Positions 1 through 8,801 are shown, numbered from the stretch's first letter. The stretch: DNA of 64,000 bases from a virus (IMGVR_UViG_3300033273_000282:96001-160000), one strand, 5' to 3'. Translations and numbers: made by a program. Notes: generated by a model not told the origin, from the letters alone.

Positions 1-244
1 CAGACCAAAAACTTTAGGCTCAATTATTATTCCCAGTGAGGACTGTTTCATTCAGGGAACCCTGATGAAAAAACATTTCGCTTTCAAATGTACAGTGGAC
101 AGGGAGCAATCCTTGGTTGTAACTAAACCCACCTACATTCTTGAGTTTACAACAAACCCAGTCAATACTCTTCAACTGTGTAGAGATTGGTTCCAACAAT
201 ACGAAGACGGACTAATTAAAATCGTTGACAGATCTACTTTATGA
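1..244 (+). CDS. 3' part of a hypothetical protein (truncated by window start)
   Basis: Frame starting at position 2 is open (RPKTLGSIII...KIVDRSTL) to TGA 242-244, which overlaps the next ATG at 241 (ATGA coupling). Confidence 0.65.
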   Translation, partial: RPKTLGSIIIPSEDCFIQGTLMKKHFAFKCTVDREQSLVVTKPTYILEFTTNPVNTLQLCRDWFQQYEDGLIKIVDRSTL

Positions 245-933
245 TTGAGGCTGGAGTAGCAATTCGTGATTTTGGACATAAATTAACCACACTATTCTAC
301 AGTGATTGTCCAAAAGGTTTTAAGTTTATTGGTGACGACCCAGAGAATCAAGTAATCAAGATTCCACCAGAGGTTATTCAATACGGTTTAGACATTCGTG
401 GTCTTACAGGTGATGAGCCTAAGAGACCTGTTAATCAATACTTACATCAATTCTATCTACACAATAGATGTTTGGTGTTCACAAAAGGCATTTGGATGTC
501 AGAGACAGCAGGCGTTCCTCATGCTTTGGTGTACAAACCAGGCACACATCTCAGTTTTAAGATGGCTGGTATGACACGATTGACCTGCCTAACTGATGGT
601 GGGGAGTGTATGTGCGTTGGTCCAGATCCTGCTGATCCTGAACTTGGATATTATGACCGCAAGGTACATAAGGTTGATAGTAAGATCGAACTCAACCCAG
701 AGTCTGATAAGATCGATGTAATCATCGCCACACAACATATGAGGTATGGTGATAAAGAGATCGGTCCTGGTACACCATTTCGTGTCACGAAACCAGATAC
801 ATTGAGGTTGTTAAAACCTGGATATGTGGTAGAATATTGGCTGGCAGACGTGGATTTCTATCGCACGATGCATGAATACTTTGAGATGTGGGAAAGTGAC
901 CGCATTACTTTTGTGGAGCGTAGACCAAAATGA
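241..933 (+). CDS. Hypothetical protein, 230 aa
   Basis: Long ORF with ATGA overlaps at both ends; no motif recognised. Confidence 0.75.
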   Translation: MIEAGVAIRDFGHKLTTLFYSDCPKGFKFIGDDPENQVIKIPPEVIQYGLDIRGLTGDEPKRPVNQYLHQFYLHNRCLVFTKGIWMSETAGVPHALVYKPGTHLSFKMAGMTRLTCLTDGGECMCVGPDPADPELGYYDRKVHKVDSKIELNPESDKIDVIIATQHMRYGDKEIGPGTPFRVTKPDTLRLLKPGYVVEYWLADVDFYRTMHEYFEMWESDRITFVERRPK

Positions 934-1205
934 TTCCTCACAAGCACCTGAAAAGAGAACAACTGGAAGAGTTGTATTCTATTCTGGATGATTATGATAG
1001 TGAGCATGAGCTTACTGAATGGTTTAGATATGTTCTGTGTATGAATGATGGAGACTCCACAATTCATGCGTGTTCTGCTCAAGGACTCCACGTTATTCAG
1101 TGGCATCTAGATGAATGGGATGAAGAAGATGAGGAAAACTATAGATTATGGTGGACCGATGACGATGAGCCTGAGTGGGACTTCGACGATGACGAAGAAG
1201 AGTGA
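930..1205 (+). CDS. Hypothetical protein with very acidic, Trp-rich C-terminus
   Basis: ATGA overlap with upstream gene; 20 of the last 31 residues are D/E. Confidence 0.75.
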   Translation: MIPHKHLKREQLEELYSILDDYDSEHELTEWFRYVLCMNDGDSTIHACSAQGLHVIQWHLDEWDEEDEENYRLWWTDDDEPEWDFDDDEEE

Positions 1206-1258
1206 CAGTTCTCAAACTGGCTGGCATTGTGGCATGAGGTACCAGAATCCGCTATACT
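1202..1258 (+). promoter_or_regulatory. Early promoter cassette (inverted-repeat box + -10)
   Basis: GTGACAGTT-CTCA-AACTGGC at 1202-1221; TATACT at 1253-1258. Confidence 0.65.
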
Positions 1259-1288
1259 ATGAATGTCAACGAAATGACCCACTGTCCA

Positions 1289-1822
1289 ATGAAAGCATTT
1301 TTCGAGGACGTTCTGACCCTCCCATTCAAGACCAACAGTCAGGACAATCCGCTTCACGAGTTACAGGTGAAGGACCTGCTCGATAAGCATAACATTAAGT
1401 ACGAATGGCAGCCCAATGGTAGCCAGAACTTCCCTGATTTCCGTGTTCATCTTGCTAACGGGAAGACCCTTGATCTAGAATGTAAGTCCTCTCAGCAGGC
1501 ACATCCTACTTACAATGGTGGTCTCCCTCATGAAGGTGCTGTGTATATTTTCAGCAGCAAGAAGTACAATGAGACTACAGTATTCTTTGCGGACGATGTA
1601 GTCTCTCAGTCTAAGCGCAATATGTACAACTCCCTGGTGGCAGATCTTCGCGCTGTTCTCAAGACTTATCAGATGGATGATGAGTGGCAGAATGATGAGC
1701 GTGGATTTGACTTCTACGTTCGTAACATGTACACTCAGTCTGGTGGTAAAGAAAAGACTGACTATTTCACCCACGCTGCCCGCTCTCTCTGCGAATCCAA
1801 TGTTCTCAATCATAACTGGTGA
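1289..1822 (+). CDS. PD-(D/E)xK nuclease, type II restriction endonuclease-like
   Basis: FPDFRVHLANGKTLDLECKS gives PD-x13-ExK; overlaps a DNA methyltransferase by 23 nt. Start at 1289 or 1274 preferred, because ATG 1259 abuts the -10 box. Confidence 0.7.
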   Translation: MKAFFEDVLTLPFKTNSQDNPLHELQVKDLLDKHNIKYEWQPNGSQNFPDFRVHLANGKTLDLECKSSQQAHPTYNGGLPHEGAVYIFSSKKYNETTVFFADDVVSQSKRNMYNSLVADLRAVLKTYQMDDEWQNDERGFDFYVRNMYTQSGGKEKTDYFTHAARSLCESNVLNHNW

Positions 1823-2678
1823 TTGCCAGGAAAAGTTGAAAGCCTTTGATGACAACTCTTTCCAGTCATGTATCACTGATCCACCATACGGTATGGGTAT
1901 GGAACACTGGGATCATTCTGTCCCCAATGTAGACGTTTGGCGTGAAGTATTTCGTGTGCTTCGCCCTGGTGCGTTCTGTCTTGCCTTCTGTTCTCCTGAG
2001 TTGTATCACCGTCTCGCATGTAATGTTGAGGACGCTGGTTTCAACATCAAAGATCAGATTATGTGGATGACCACCACAAAGATGCCCAAGCCCAATAGAC
2101 TCAAGCCAGCACATGAGCCTATTGTTGTAGCACAGAAGCCCTACACAGGTAGTATCAAATCCTGTATGGAAAAGTGGGGATGTGGTATGATTGACACTGA
2201 GACCACTCGTATCCCATGGGATAAGTTACCTCCGAAAGGTTGGGTAAAGGGTGGTGGTAAGCGTCGTACATTTGGTAAAGATGGAAACACTAAAGGTTCT
2301 GGTGCTGAGTATGGCACTGTGGATGCTAATCCTGCTGGTCGCTATCCCTCAAACATTATTGGGGAAGTAGAGAGTGAGCATCAGAAGTATTTCTATGCTC
2401 CTCGTGCTACTCGTAAAGAGAAAGGTGAGGACAATAATCACCCTACGGTCAAGCCAGTCTCACTGATGGAGTATCTCATTCGTGTCTATTCTCCTGCTGG
2501 TAGTATTGTTCTGGATCCTTTCTGTGGTTCTGGGAGTACAGGTGTCGCGGCACTCAATGTAAATCGTGATTTCTATGGGATCGAGATTGATTCCAATTAT
2601 GCTGCCATCGCTGAGCGGCGGTGTGCGGATGTTAAAGTGGACGATGTGATCATGGTCGCCACGATCCCTGGTGTATAG
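1800..2678 (+). CDS. Amino (N6-A/N4-C) DNA methyltransferase, beta-class motif order
   Basis: IITGDC..., DPPY (1878-1889) near the N-terminus, HPTVKP, and DPFCGSGSTG near the C-terminus. Start MFSIITGD at 1800 rather than the track's 1677. Confidence 0.9.
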   Translation: MFSIITGDCQEKLKAFDDNSFQSCITDPPYGMGMEHWDHSVPNVDVWREVFRVLRPGAFCLAFCSPELYHRLACNVEDAGFNIKDQIMWMTTTKMPKPNRLKPAHEPIVVAQKPYTGSIKSCMEKWGCGMIDTETTRIPWDKLPPKGWVKGGGKRRTFGKDGNTKGSGAEYGTVDANPAGRYPSNIIGEVESEHQKYFYAPRATRKEKGEDNNHPTVKPVSLMEYLIRVYSPAGSIVLDPFCGSGSTGVAALNVNRDFYGIEIDSNYAAIAERRCADVKVDDVIMVATIPGV

Positions 2679-2699
2679 TATTTCTGTTGAGGCAATCCA

Positions 2700-2849
2700 A
2701 TGAATCTCACTAAAGTCGAAGTTCAGGCAATCATCACTGCTCTCCAGTTGATGAACATTCGTGACCAGAACAATCAGGAGAGGATTCATGGTGTAGACTA
2801 CAGCGACATCGCTAAGAAGATGGAAGACTATCTCTATCGCATGTCGTGA
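2700..2849 (+). CDS. Small hypothetical protein, 49 aa (not in ORF track)
   Basis: MNLTKVEVQAIITALQLM...YLYRMS*, downstream of TATAGT at 2674-2679. Confidence 0.6.
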   Translation: MNLTKVEVQAIITALQLMNIRDQNNQERIHGVDYSDIAKKMEDYLYRMS

Positions 2850-2892
2850 AGTTACTCTTTGTCGTGAGCGGAGTCTGGACACTCCATAACCT

Positions 2893-3333
2893 ATGTCAGT
2901 TGCCATCTCTTTTTCAGGCTATAATCAGCAGCGGAGACTCACCCGCACTGTCATTGATTGGTTTTGCCCCAGATTTATTGGGAAGCATAACATTGCCATT
3001 GATGTAGTAACTCGTGGCATGTTGCGTGAGGGTAACTATGGATCATGTGCTATCATGGATTCATGCTCACGCCCCCGAGAGTTTGAGATTGAGTTACATG
3101 CTCGTCTCAACAAGTTTGACTATCTCACGACGCTGATTCATGAGTTGATTCATGTCAAGCAGCGTGTAAAGCGTGAGCATGTCACAAAATACGATAAGAA
3201 CTATTGGTTCTCTCGTATGATCCCCGATGAGACATCATATGATGATGAGCCATGGGAGATCGAAGCACATAGAGATGAATCATGGATCACAAAGATCTGT
3301 ATTCACGAACTGGGGCTTGACATCCCCGCCTAA
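2893..3333 (+). CDS. Putative zinc metallopeptidase (HExxH)
   Basis: TTLIHELIHVKQ and a downstream YDDEPWEIEA third-ligand-type segment. Confidence 0.75.
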   Translation: MSVAISFSGYNQQRRLTRTVIDWFCPRFIGKHNIAIDVVTRGMLREGNYGSCAIMDSCSRPREFEIELHARLNKFDYLTTLIHELIHVKQRVKREHVTKYDKNYWFSRMIPDETSYDDEPWEIEAHRDESWITKICIHELGLDIPA

Positions 3334-3345
3334 TACTGGTAAAGT
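3317..3345 (+). promoter_or_regulatory. Host sigma70-type promoter
   Basis: TTGACA (3317-3322), 17 nt, TAAAGT (3340-3345), upstream of the 3406 ORF. Confidence 0.6.
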
Positions 3346-3405
3346 AGTTAAGTTGCTCAGGCAAGTCTGCCCCCAGCAACACCAAAGCAAATCTGCTAAA
3401 TTAAC

Positions 3406-4410
3406 ATGCCTAACAAAGCACATTTTGTCAACATCTCCAAGATCTCTGGTCCTTCAGTTAATGACTGTCAGGCTCCGATGATTGATGGTCGTAGTTATAG
3501 CGTCCTGCGTCGTGAGTCTCGTACGCTCAGTAGCATCATCACCGAGAATGAGAGTGGACAGACTTACAATGTCTTCCGCGCTACTGGTACTGACCAAGAG
3601 AATCTGAAGCGCATCCGTAATGCCCTTCGCGTCTTTGGTTATAAAGTCGATGAGGACATTCCCTACATCTTTGATGATGGTCAGTTGATCGATGGTTACA
3701 CTCGTTTCGAGGCTATCGAGCAAGAGGGTTATTCTTCCTGGATCTTTAACGTGGTCCAAGCCAAAGAAGGATTCAACCGTGAAGATGTAGCACGAGAGAT
3801 CGGTCTCGGTAAGAACAACCACTGGAACGCATTTAAGGCAGCCACTCTTAACGACTGGCAGAAAGTGATCGCCGCTCGTATTGAAGAGTTGTGTGATAAT
3901 GATGCTGCCAATATGCCCACCGTGGGTCAGATTGTGGATTTCATTAACACCATCGATCACTCCTTTACTCAGAAGAAGGTAGCCACTCTCGCTGAAGAGT
4001 GTATTGCCAAGAAGATGAGTTCTCTCACCATGGAGAGTTTCAGCACTCGTTCTGCTCGTAAGAAAGCAGTATCTATGCTCGCTGAAGAAGGACGTGCCAG
4101 CAAGAATCTTGTGGTGCTGAATGGATCTGGTGACCGTACTTACATCTACCGTACTATCGTAGAGATCATGGAGAAGTTCTACGCTACTGGTGAAGTTCCT
4201 GATCTAGTCTCCTTCCTCCAAGATGTTCCCGCAGAGGAAGCCGAAGACATGCGCCGTGAGATTCGTCAGAAGATGGATCATTTCAACAACATCATCGATG
4301 CTGTTGTTGCTGCTCGCATGGAGCAAGGCGCATCCTTTAAGCTCTTTGATCTTAAGGGATTCCTGCCCCAGGTGATCGGAGTTGAGAAGAACAGCATCAT
4401 CTCGGTGTGA
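3406..4410 (+). CDS. ParB/Srx-like N-terminal domain protein
   Basis: NLKRIRNALRVFGY...IPYIF..GQLIDGYTRFEAI resembles the ParB-N DG(H/Y)xR core. Confidence 0.55.
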   Translation: MPNKAHFVNISKISGPSVNDCQAPMIDGRSYSVLRRESRTLSSIITENESGQTYNVFRATGTDQENLKRIRNALRVFGYKVDEDIPYIFDDGQLIDGYTRFEAIEQEGYSSWIFNVVQAKEGFNREDVAREIGLGKNNHWNAFKAATLNDWQKVIAARIEELCDNDAANMPTVGQIVDFINTIDHSFTQKKVATLAEECIAKKMSSLTMESFSTRSARKKAVSMLAEEGRASKNLVVLNGSGDRTYIYRTIVEIMEKFYATGEVPDLVSFLQDVPAEEAEDMRREIRQKMDHFNNIIDAVVAARMEQGASFKLFDLKGFLPQVIGVEKNSIISV

Positions 4411-4465
4411 CACTCACCTGAACCGTCCACTGACCCCGCTTCGGCGGGGTTTTTTAGTTTATACT
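4407..4465 (+). promoter_or_regulatory. Early promoter cassette
   Basis: GTGACACT...AACCGTCCAC at 4407-4430, 29 nt, TATACT at 4460-4465. Confidence 0.65.
4433..4455 (+). terminator. Rho-independent terminator lying inside the next promoter spacer
   Basis: ACCCCGC-TTCG-GCGGGGT stem with C(UUCG)G loop followed by a T run. Confidence 0.8.
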
Positions 4466-4487
4466 GATTTCATCAACGCAAGACACG

Positions 4488-5738
4488 ATGTTCACCCTCC
4501 GTCCTCACCAACAGCGTACCGTCAATGCTCTCGCTGCTGCTGACCGTGGCACTGTCTACATCCCCACTGGTGGCGGCAAGACTCTCTGTATCATGGAAGA
4601 CCTCGCTCGCTTCCTCAGCAGCGCCCAGGGACCCTCTGTGACCGTTGTGGTTGCCCCGCGCATCATGCTGGCTCTTCAGCTGTGTGAAGAGTTCCGTGAG
4701 CATCCTGGTGTGATGCGTTCTGACGTGTTCATGGGGCATGTTCACAGCGGCGAGACTCCCCATTTCCGTACAACTAACAGCGACAAGATCGGTCTGTTTG
4801 TTGATATGTGTAAGTCTGCTCAGGCTCACGCTATCATCTTCACCACCTACAACTCTCTGAACAAGATTGTTGACGCTGGTATTCAGATCGACAATCTGTA
4901 TTGTGATGAGGCACACAACAGCGTACAGCGTAACTTCTTCCCTGTTGTTGCTCTCGCTGCTATAGACGCTGCTCGCGCATATTTCTTCACTGCGACTCCT
5001 AAGTATGCTAAGAATGGCAAGCGTGGCATGAACAATGGTCAGATCTACGGCACCAATCTTATCACTGTTGCTGCTCAAGAGTTGATTGAGTGTGGTAGCA
5101 TTGTTGCTCCCACCATCATTACTCACAAGACTGAGGCAATTCGCAACAAAGAGACGATTGCTTTCGTCGATGCTGACACTGTGACTGGTGTGATTGACAC
5201 TCTCGATGAGGATCAAGCCACCAAAGTTCTGGTTGCTGCTCCTTCTGCGCGGAACATCATGAACATGTTTGTCAAGACTGGTCTCAAGCAAGATCTTATT
5301 GAGCGTGGTTATTCTTGGATGATGATTACATCCAAGCATGGCGCAATCATTGACGGTAAGAAGGTCACTCGTGACCAATTCTTTGACACTCTCCACGCTT
5401 GGGGACTCGATGAGGACAAGAAGTTTGTTCTCTTCCACTATTCTATTCTCTCTGAAGGTATCAACGTGCCTGGTCTTACGCACGTTATTCTCCTTCGCCA
5501 GTTGCCAATTATCGAGATGGCGCAGACTATTGGTCGTGTGATTCGTCTTGATCGTGATGACGCGCAAGCAATCTCTAGTGGTGCGCTCACCCCTGGTAAC
5601 TGGGCTAACTATAAGAAAGGCACTGGCTTTGTTACTGTTCCTATCTACAGCAACCACGGTGCTCAGATTGCTTCACGTCTACAGCGTGTGGTAGATTGTA
5701 TCTTCACTAAGGGTAACCCTGCTGCGGCATGGGTCTGA
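4488..5738 (+). CDS. Superfamily 2 DExH helicase/ATPase (type III Res-like)
   Basis: PTGGGKT (Walker A), DEAH, FTAT (motif III), LSEGINVP, QTIGRVIR (motif VI). Confidence 0.9.
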   Translation: MFTLRPHQQRTVNALAAADRGTVYIPTGGGKTLCIMEDLARFLSSAQGPSVTVVVAPRIMLALQLCEEFREHPGVMRSDVFMGHVHSGETPHFRTTNSDKIGLFVDMCKSAQAHAIIFTTYNSLNKIVDAGIQIDNLYCDEAHNSVQRNFFPVVALAAIDAARAYFFTATPKYAKNGKRGMNNGQIYGTNLITVAAQELIECGSIVAPTIITHKTEAIRNKETIAFVDADTVTGVIDTLDEDQATKVLVAAPSARNIMNMFVKTGLKQDLIERGYSWMMITSKHGAIIDGKKVTRDQFFDTLHAWGLDEDKKFVLFHYSILSEGINVPGLTHVILLRQLPIIEMAQTIGRVIRLDRDDAQAISSGALTPGNWANYKKGTGFVTVPIYSNHGAQIASRLQRVVDCIFTKGNPAAAWV

Positions 5739-5771
5739 CCCCTTACAGGCGATTCTAGGAGGGTCTCACGA

Positions 5772-6380
5772 GTGATTAACACGATGTTCTCTATACCTCT
5801 GGTGAGGTACAGTTTGAGTGATTGGAGCAGCAAAAAGCAGTTCCTAATGTCTACTTTGGAATCTAGGCAGCTCACGATGGGTAGCGAGAGGGTATGGTCA
5901 GACTACGCGGAGAAAAGCTCAGAAAATCTATTGTTGAGCACTATCACAGGTACATTGCGCGATGAGTTAGATCAATTCGCGCAAGACTTCAGGTGTGATC
6001 CATCAATAGTGCATGCTTGGTTCGAGAAAGCATATCAAACCAACCATCACCCAGTACATAATCATGGGCATGGTGGTTGGAGTGCGGTATTGTACCTAGA
6101 TTACGATCCTGATGAGCACACACCCACCATATTTGTCAGTCCGTTTGATCATTTCATCACAGGTGAGCAGTTGACATATTTTCCCGACGTGAAAGAAGGG
6201 GATCTTATTCTATTTCCTAGTTTCCTCCACCATTACACACAGCCAAATGAGAGTCAGATCCCTCGTGCTGTGTTGTCATTCAACCTGACAGTGGATGAGC
6301 ACAATACACCATTGGCATGGGAGAGCAAGGTGGACAGTCAGAGAGCTGGACTACCACGCGACCTTTTGCCCTACTGGTGA
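5772..6380 (+). CDS. Fe(II)/2-oxoglutarate oxygenase-like protein
   Basis: HPVHNHG..WSAVLYL...EGDLILFPSFLHHYT...RAVLSFN, typical of cyanophage 2OG-Fe(II) oxygenases. Start may be ATG 5787. Confidence 0.85.
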   Translation: MINTMFSIPLVRYSLSDWSSKKQFLMSTLESRQLTMGSERVWSDYAEKSSENLLLSTITGTLRDELDQFAQDFRCDPSIVHAWFEKAYQTNHHPVHNHGHGGWSAVLYLDYDPDEHTPTIFVSPFDHFITGEQLTYFPDVKEGDLILFPSFLHHYTQPNESQIPRAVLSFNLTVDEHNTPLAWESKVDSQRAGLPRDLLPYW

Positions 6381-6413
6381 CTCTATAATAACTACATCAG
6401 CAAACAACCCCAG

Positions 6414-6584
6414 ATGACTCGCATCGAGATCAACCGTGAGCTCACCCGACTCCGCTTCGAGCGTGAGAAAGCCCAGCGTGAGGTTGACAACATCCAAGCC
6501 TGTATGAACGCTCTCATCCAGAAGCGTAACGACATGGATTTCGAGGCTAAGCACGGCGATCTGTACACCGCAATGTTCTCCTGA
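6414..6584 (+). CDS. Small coiled-coil-like hypothetical protein, 56 aa (not in track)
   Basis: MTRIEINRELTRLRF...TAMFS*, after TATAAT at 6384-6389. Confidence 0.65.
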   Translation: MTRIEINRELTRLRFEREKAQREVDNIQACMNALIQKRNDMDFEAKHGDLYTAMFS

Positions 6585-6586
6585 TC

Positions 6587-6799
6587 ATGCTTTTCCAAGT
6601 TACTGACATTCAATTCGACTGCTATCTTGACGACGAAGATTGGAATGAATCCGATCAAGTCTGTACCGAAGAAAAGCTCAGTGAAGAATACACTGGTTCG
6701 ATCTGGGAAGCAGATGATGGTGATGATCTAATCGAAGAGATCACTGCTGCTTCAGGTTGGTGTATTAAGTCCATTGATTATCGCAACGTTCTAAAATGA
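6587..6799 (+). CDS. Small acidic hypothetical protein
   Basis: 70-aa ORF tightly packed with its neighbours. Confidence 0.7.
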   Translation: MLFQVTDIQFDCYLDDEDWNESDQVCTEEKLSEEYTGSIWEADDGDDLIEEITAASGWCIKSIDYRNVLK

Positions 6800-6930
6800 C
6801 ACCCGAAGAGTTTGAAGAAAACGCACGCATTGTCAGTGGTAATCCACTCTGGACACTTGACAATCGCATTGAAGATGTAACTGACTCCCCTGAAGATTGG
6901 GAAGACTTCTGGCACAATGAAGCCAAGTGA
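6796..6930 (+). CDS. Small acidic hypothetical protein, 44 aa (not in track)
   Basis: ATGA overlap; MTPEEFEENARIV...DWEDFWHNEAK*. Confidence 0.55.
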   Translation: MTPEEFEENARIVSGNPLWTLDNRIEDVTDSPEDWEDFWHNEAK

Positions 6931-7141
6931 TTTAATGCACTATCGCATCCAAGCAGCGATGCGAGAGAATACTTTTCCTCCTGAGGAGTTAGAGTATCTT
7001 GGTAAGCGTGGTGATGAGCACTGGTATAGAATTGCTGGTGAGCATGACGTACCAGTGAGCCATATTACCATGTTTGAAGACTGTGACGATCCTGGAACTG
7101 ACCCAGGTGACCTCCATGACCTTTTCGATCCATTAGACTAA
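6917..7141 (+). CDS. Small hypothetical protein
   Basis: 74-aa ORF in a packed gene run. Confidence 0.6.
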   Translation: MKPSDLMHYRIQAAMRENTFPPEELEYLGKRGDEHWYRIAGEHDVPVSHITMFEDCDDPGTDPGDLHDLFDPLD

Positions 7142-7145
7142 CAGC

Positions 7146-7355
7146 ATGAACAACGCATCCACCATGCCCATCATTGACCGCGACGCTCTCCAGCAAGCCT
7201 ACATCGATCGTATCCTGGATGGTATGGACATCAAAGATATGATGACCATTATTGCTGAGCAATTCGATGAGAATCTCGACAAGTATAGTGTCGATGAGCT
7301 GATTGAAGAGGTTGAGCAATACTATCCTGATCTGCTGGAGGACTCGGCTATCTGA
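7146..7355 (+). CDS. Small acidic helical hypothetical protein
   Basis: 69-aa ORF in a packed gene run. Confidence 0.7.
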   Translation: MNNASTMPIIDRDALQQAYIDRILDGMDIKDMMTIIAEQFDENLDKYSVDELIEEVEQYYPDLLEDSAI

Positions 7356-7411
7356 CCAGTTCAAGAACTGGTCCACTGCTCCTCCAGTCAGCACTGACCT
7401 GGCTCTATACT
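7354..7411 (+). promoter_or_regulatory. Early promoter cassette (perfect palindrome)
   Basis: GACCAGTTC-AA-GAACTGGTC-CAC at 7354-7376, 29 nt, TATACT at 7406-7411. Confidence 0.75.
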
Positions 7412-7434
7412 AAGTTCATCAACGCAAGAGACCA

Positions 7435-7614
7435 ATGCCTCTGATCAGCGACGACACCATCGATCTCCAGCTGCGCCGCACCATCATCAAGAGTATTGAG
7501 AGTTACGACATCGGCACTCTAAAGCGTATTGCCTATGAGGTACGATGTGAAGAGATGGGATTGTTTCCCGACAACACTTACATTGAGTACGGTATCACTG
7601 ACATGGAGTATTGA
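7435..7614 (+). CDS. Small hypothetical protein, 59 aa (not in track)
   Basis: MPLISDDTIDLQLRR...DMEY*, directly after the promoter cassette. Confidence 0.65.
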   Translation: MPLISDDTIDLQLRRTIIKSIESYDIGTLKRIAYEVRCEEMGLFPDNTYIEYGITDMEY

Positions 7615-7781
7615 TGATTACTTCCAAAGCACAGATGCTCAAGGTGATTGCTACTACTTCTAAAGAGTACAATCTCACCCGAGAGGAAAAGTTTCAAGTC
7701 TTCTGTAACGTGTGTGACAACATGTTGAAGGAAGGACGCATCTCCAAGGTACAGCACGAACGCTGGACTGAGATCTTCTGA
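7614..7781 (+). CDS. Small hypothetical protein, 55 aa (not in track)
   Basis: TGATG overlap; MITSKAQMLKVI...RWTEIF*. Confidence 0.65.
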   Translation: MITSKAQMLKVIATTSKEYNLTREEKFQVFCNVCDNMLKEGRISKVQHERWTEIF

Positions 7782-7838
7782 GGACATTTGCGGAAGTGGC
7801 ACACCACCGCTTCCGCTGCTCACCATCTACCCTATAAT
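7782..7838 (+). promoter_or_regulatory. Early promoter cassette
   Basis: GGACATTT-GCGG-AAGTGGCAC at 7782-7802, 30 nt, TATAAT at 7833-7838. Confidence 0.7.
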
Positions 7839-7864
7839 ACAAAGGTAATCAAGGGAACCACTCC

Positions 7865-8233
7865 ATGACCACCATCAACACTGCTGATTCCTTCTTCGAT
7901 TTCATTCAGACTGCTGATGCTCGCAACACGATTCAGCTCAACATTGTCAAGTATTGCCTGATGCTGTGTGATGCTCTAGAGCAAGGTGCGCCGAAGGATT
8001 ATACCTTCCGTCTTGATAGTTCTGGGCGTAAGTATCACAGAATCCACATGTGGATTGGTGAGCGTCGTGATAGTATTCATGCGTTCATTGATAAGAAGAC
8101 TGGTGAAGTGTACAAGCCCGCATCAATCAAGGGACCAGCCAAAGGAGTGCGCTTTAACCTGTGTATCATCTCCGATCGTGAGAAGTGCCTGGAGTGTGCC
8201 GATTGGGCAGGTGGCTACCTTTACGCTCGCTGA
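7865..8233 (+). CDS. Conserved phage hypothetical protein
   Basis: IHAFIDKKTGEVYKPAS..GPAKGVRFNL is a signature I recognise from small myophage early proteins. Confidence 0.75.
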   Translation: MTTINTADSFFDFIQTADARNTIQLNIVKYCLMLCDALEQGAPKDYTFRLDSSGRKYHRIHMWIGERRDSIHAFIDKKTGEVYKPASIKGPAKGVRFNLCIISDREKCLECADWAGGYLYAR

Positions 8234-8278
8234 GTGTTCAGCCACCCTATAATAAGCACATCGACAAGGGAACCACCC

Positions 8279-8506
8279 ATGGGCAACACCAACGTCTTCT
8301 ACAGGGTTGAGATCGACTTCTACGAGTCTCCCGAGCATCCCATCATCTACTTCCGCAAGGCAAAGCGTTGTAAGACTGCTAAGGGTGCCGACCGTCAAGC
8401 CAATCGCATGGTGAACGAGGCAGTGGAGGCATGGCGTCCATTCTCTCAGCAGATCATGCGCTACACCGTCTCCCGTGTGCCAGCGAGCGAAGTGGTGGAG
8501 GCATGA
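8279..8506 (+). CDS. Small hypothetical protein
   Basis: ATG 8279 follows TATAAT (8248-8253) and an AAGGGA leader. Confidence 0.7.
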   Translation: MGNTNVFYRVEIDFYESPEHPIIYFRKAKRCKTAKGADRQANRMVNEAVEAWRPFSQQIMRYTVSRVPASEVVEA

Positions 8507-8555
8507 CCCACAGACCACCATTTCACCCTATACTAAGCACATCAGCAAACGACCC

Positions 8556-8795
8556 ATGCGACTCCACACCTCCGCCACCCAGATCGACTTCTATCCCATT
8601 GGCACTGGCAAGCGTTTCGTCAAGCGTGTCATCTGGCATCCTGGTGATGAGCAGACTGAGATGACTTCATTCTCCACCCGTAACAAGACCGACATGGTGT
8701 ATGATGTGAACTGCTACCTTGCTAATGGTGCTACTATCAGTGACTTCAACCTCAACGAATACACTGGCACTGACTACACTCCCATGTATGTCTAA
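8556..8795 (+). CDS. Small hypothetical protein
   Basis: ATG 8556 follows TATACT at 8529-8534. Confidence 0.7.
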   Translation: MRLHTSATQIDFYPIGTGKRFVKRVIWHPGDEQTEMTSFSTRNKTDMVYDVNCYLANGATISDFNLNEYTGTDYTPMYV

Positions 8796-8801
8796 GCCAC
8801 T

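Noticed and set aside
4473-5657. 394-aa minus-strand ORF
   Set aside because: In-register shadow of the helicase gene, which carries all SF2 motifs.
1289-5738. Nuclease, MTase, peptidase, ParB-like and helicase genes as one operon (type I/III R-M or a defence system)
   Set aside because: Separate promoters occur at 2674, 3317 and 4407, with a terminator at 4433. The helicase lacks an evident nuclease domain and there is no specificity subunit. Only the first two genes are clearly coupled.
6330-6389. GTGGACAGTC...AGCTGGAC before TATAAT 6384 as another full operator box
   Set aside because: The left half fits but the right half is degenerate, so it was not counted among the fixed-spacing copies.
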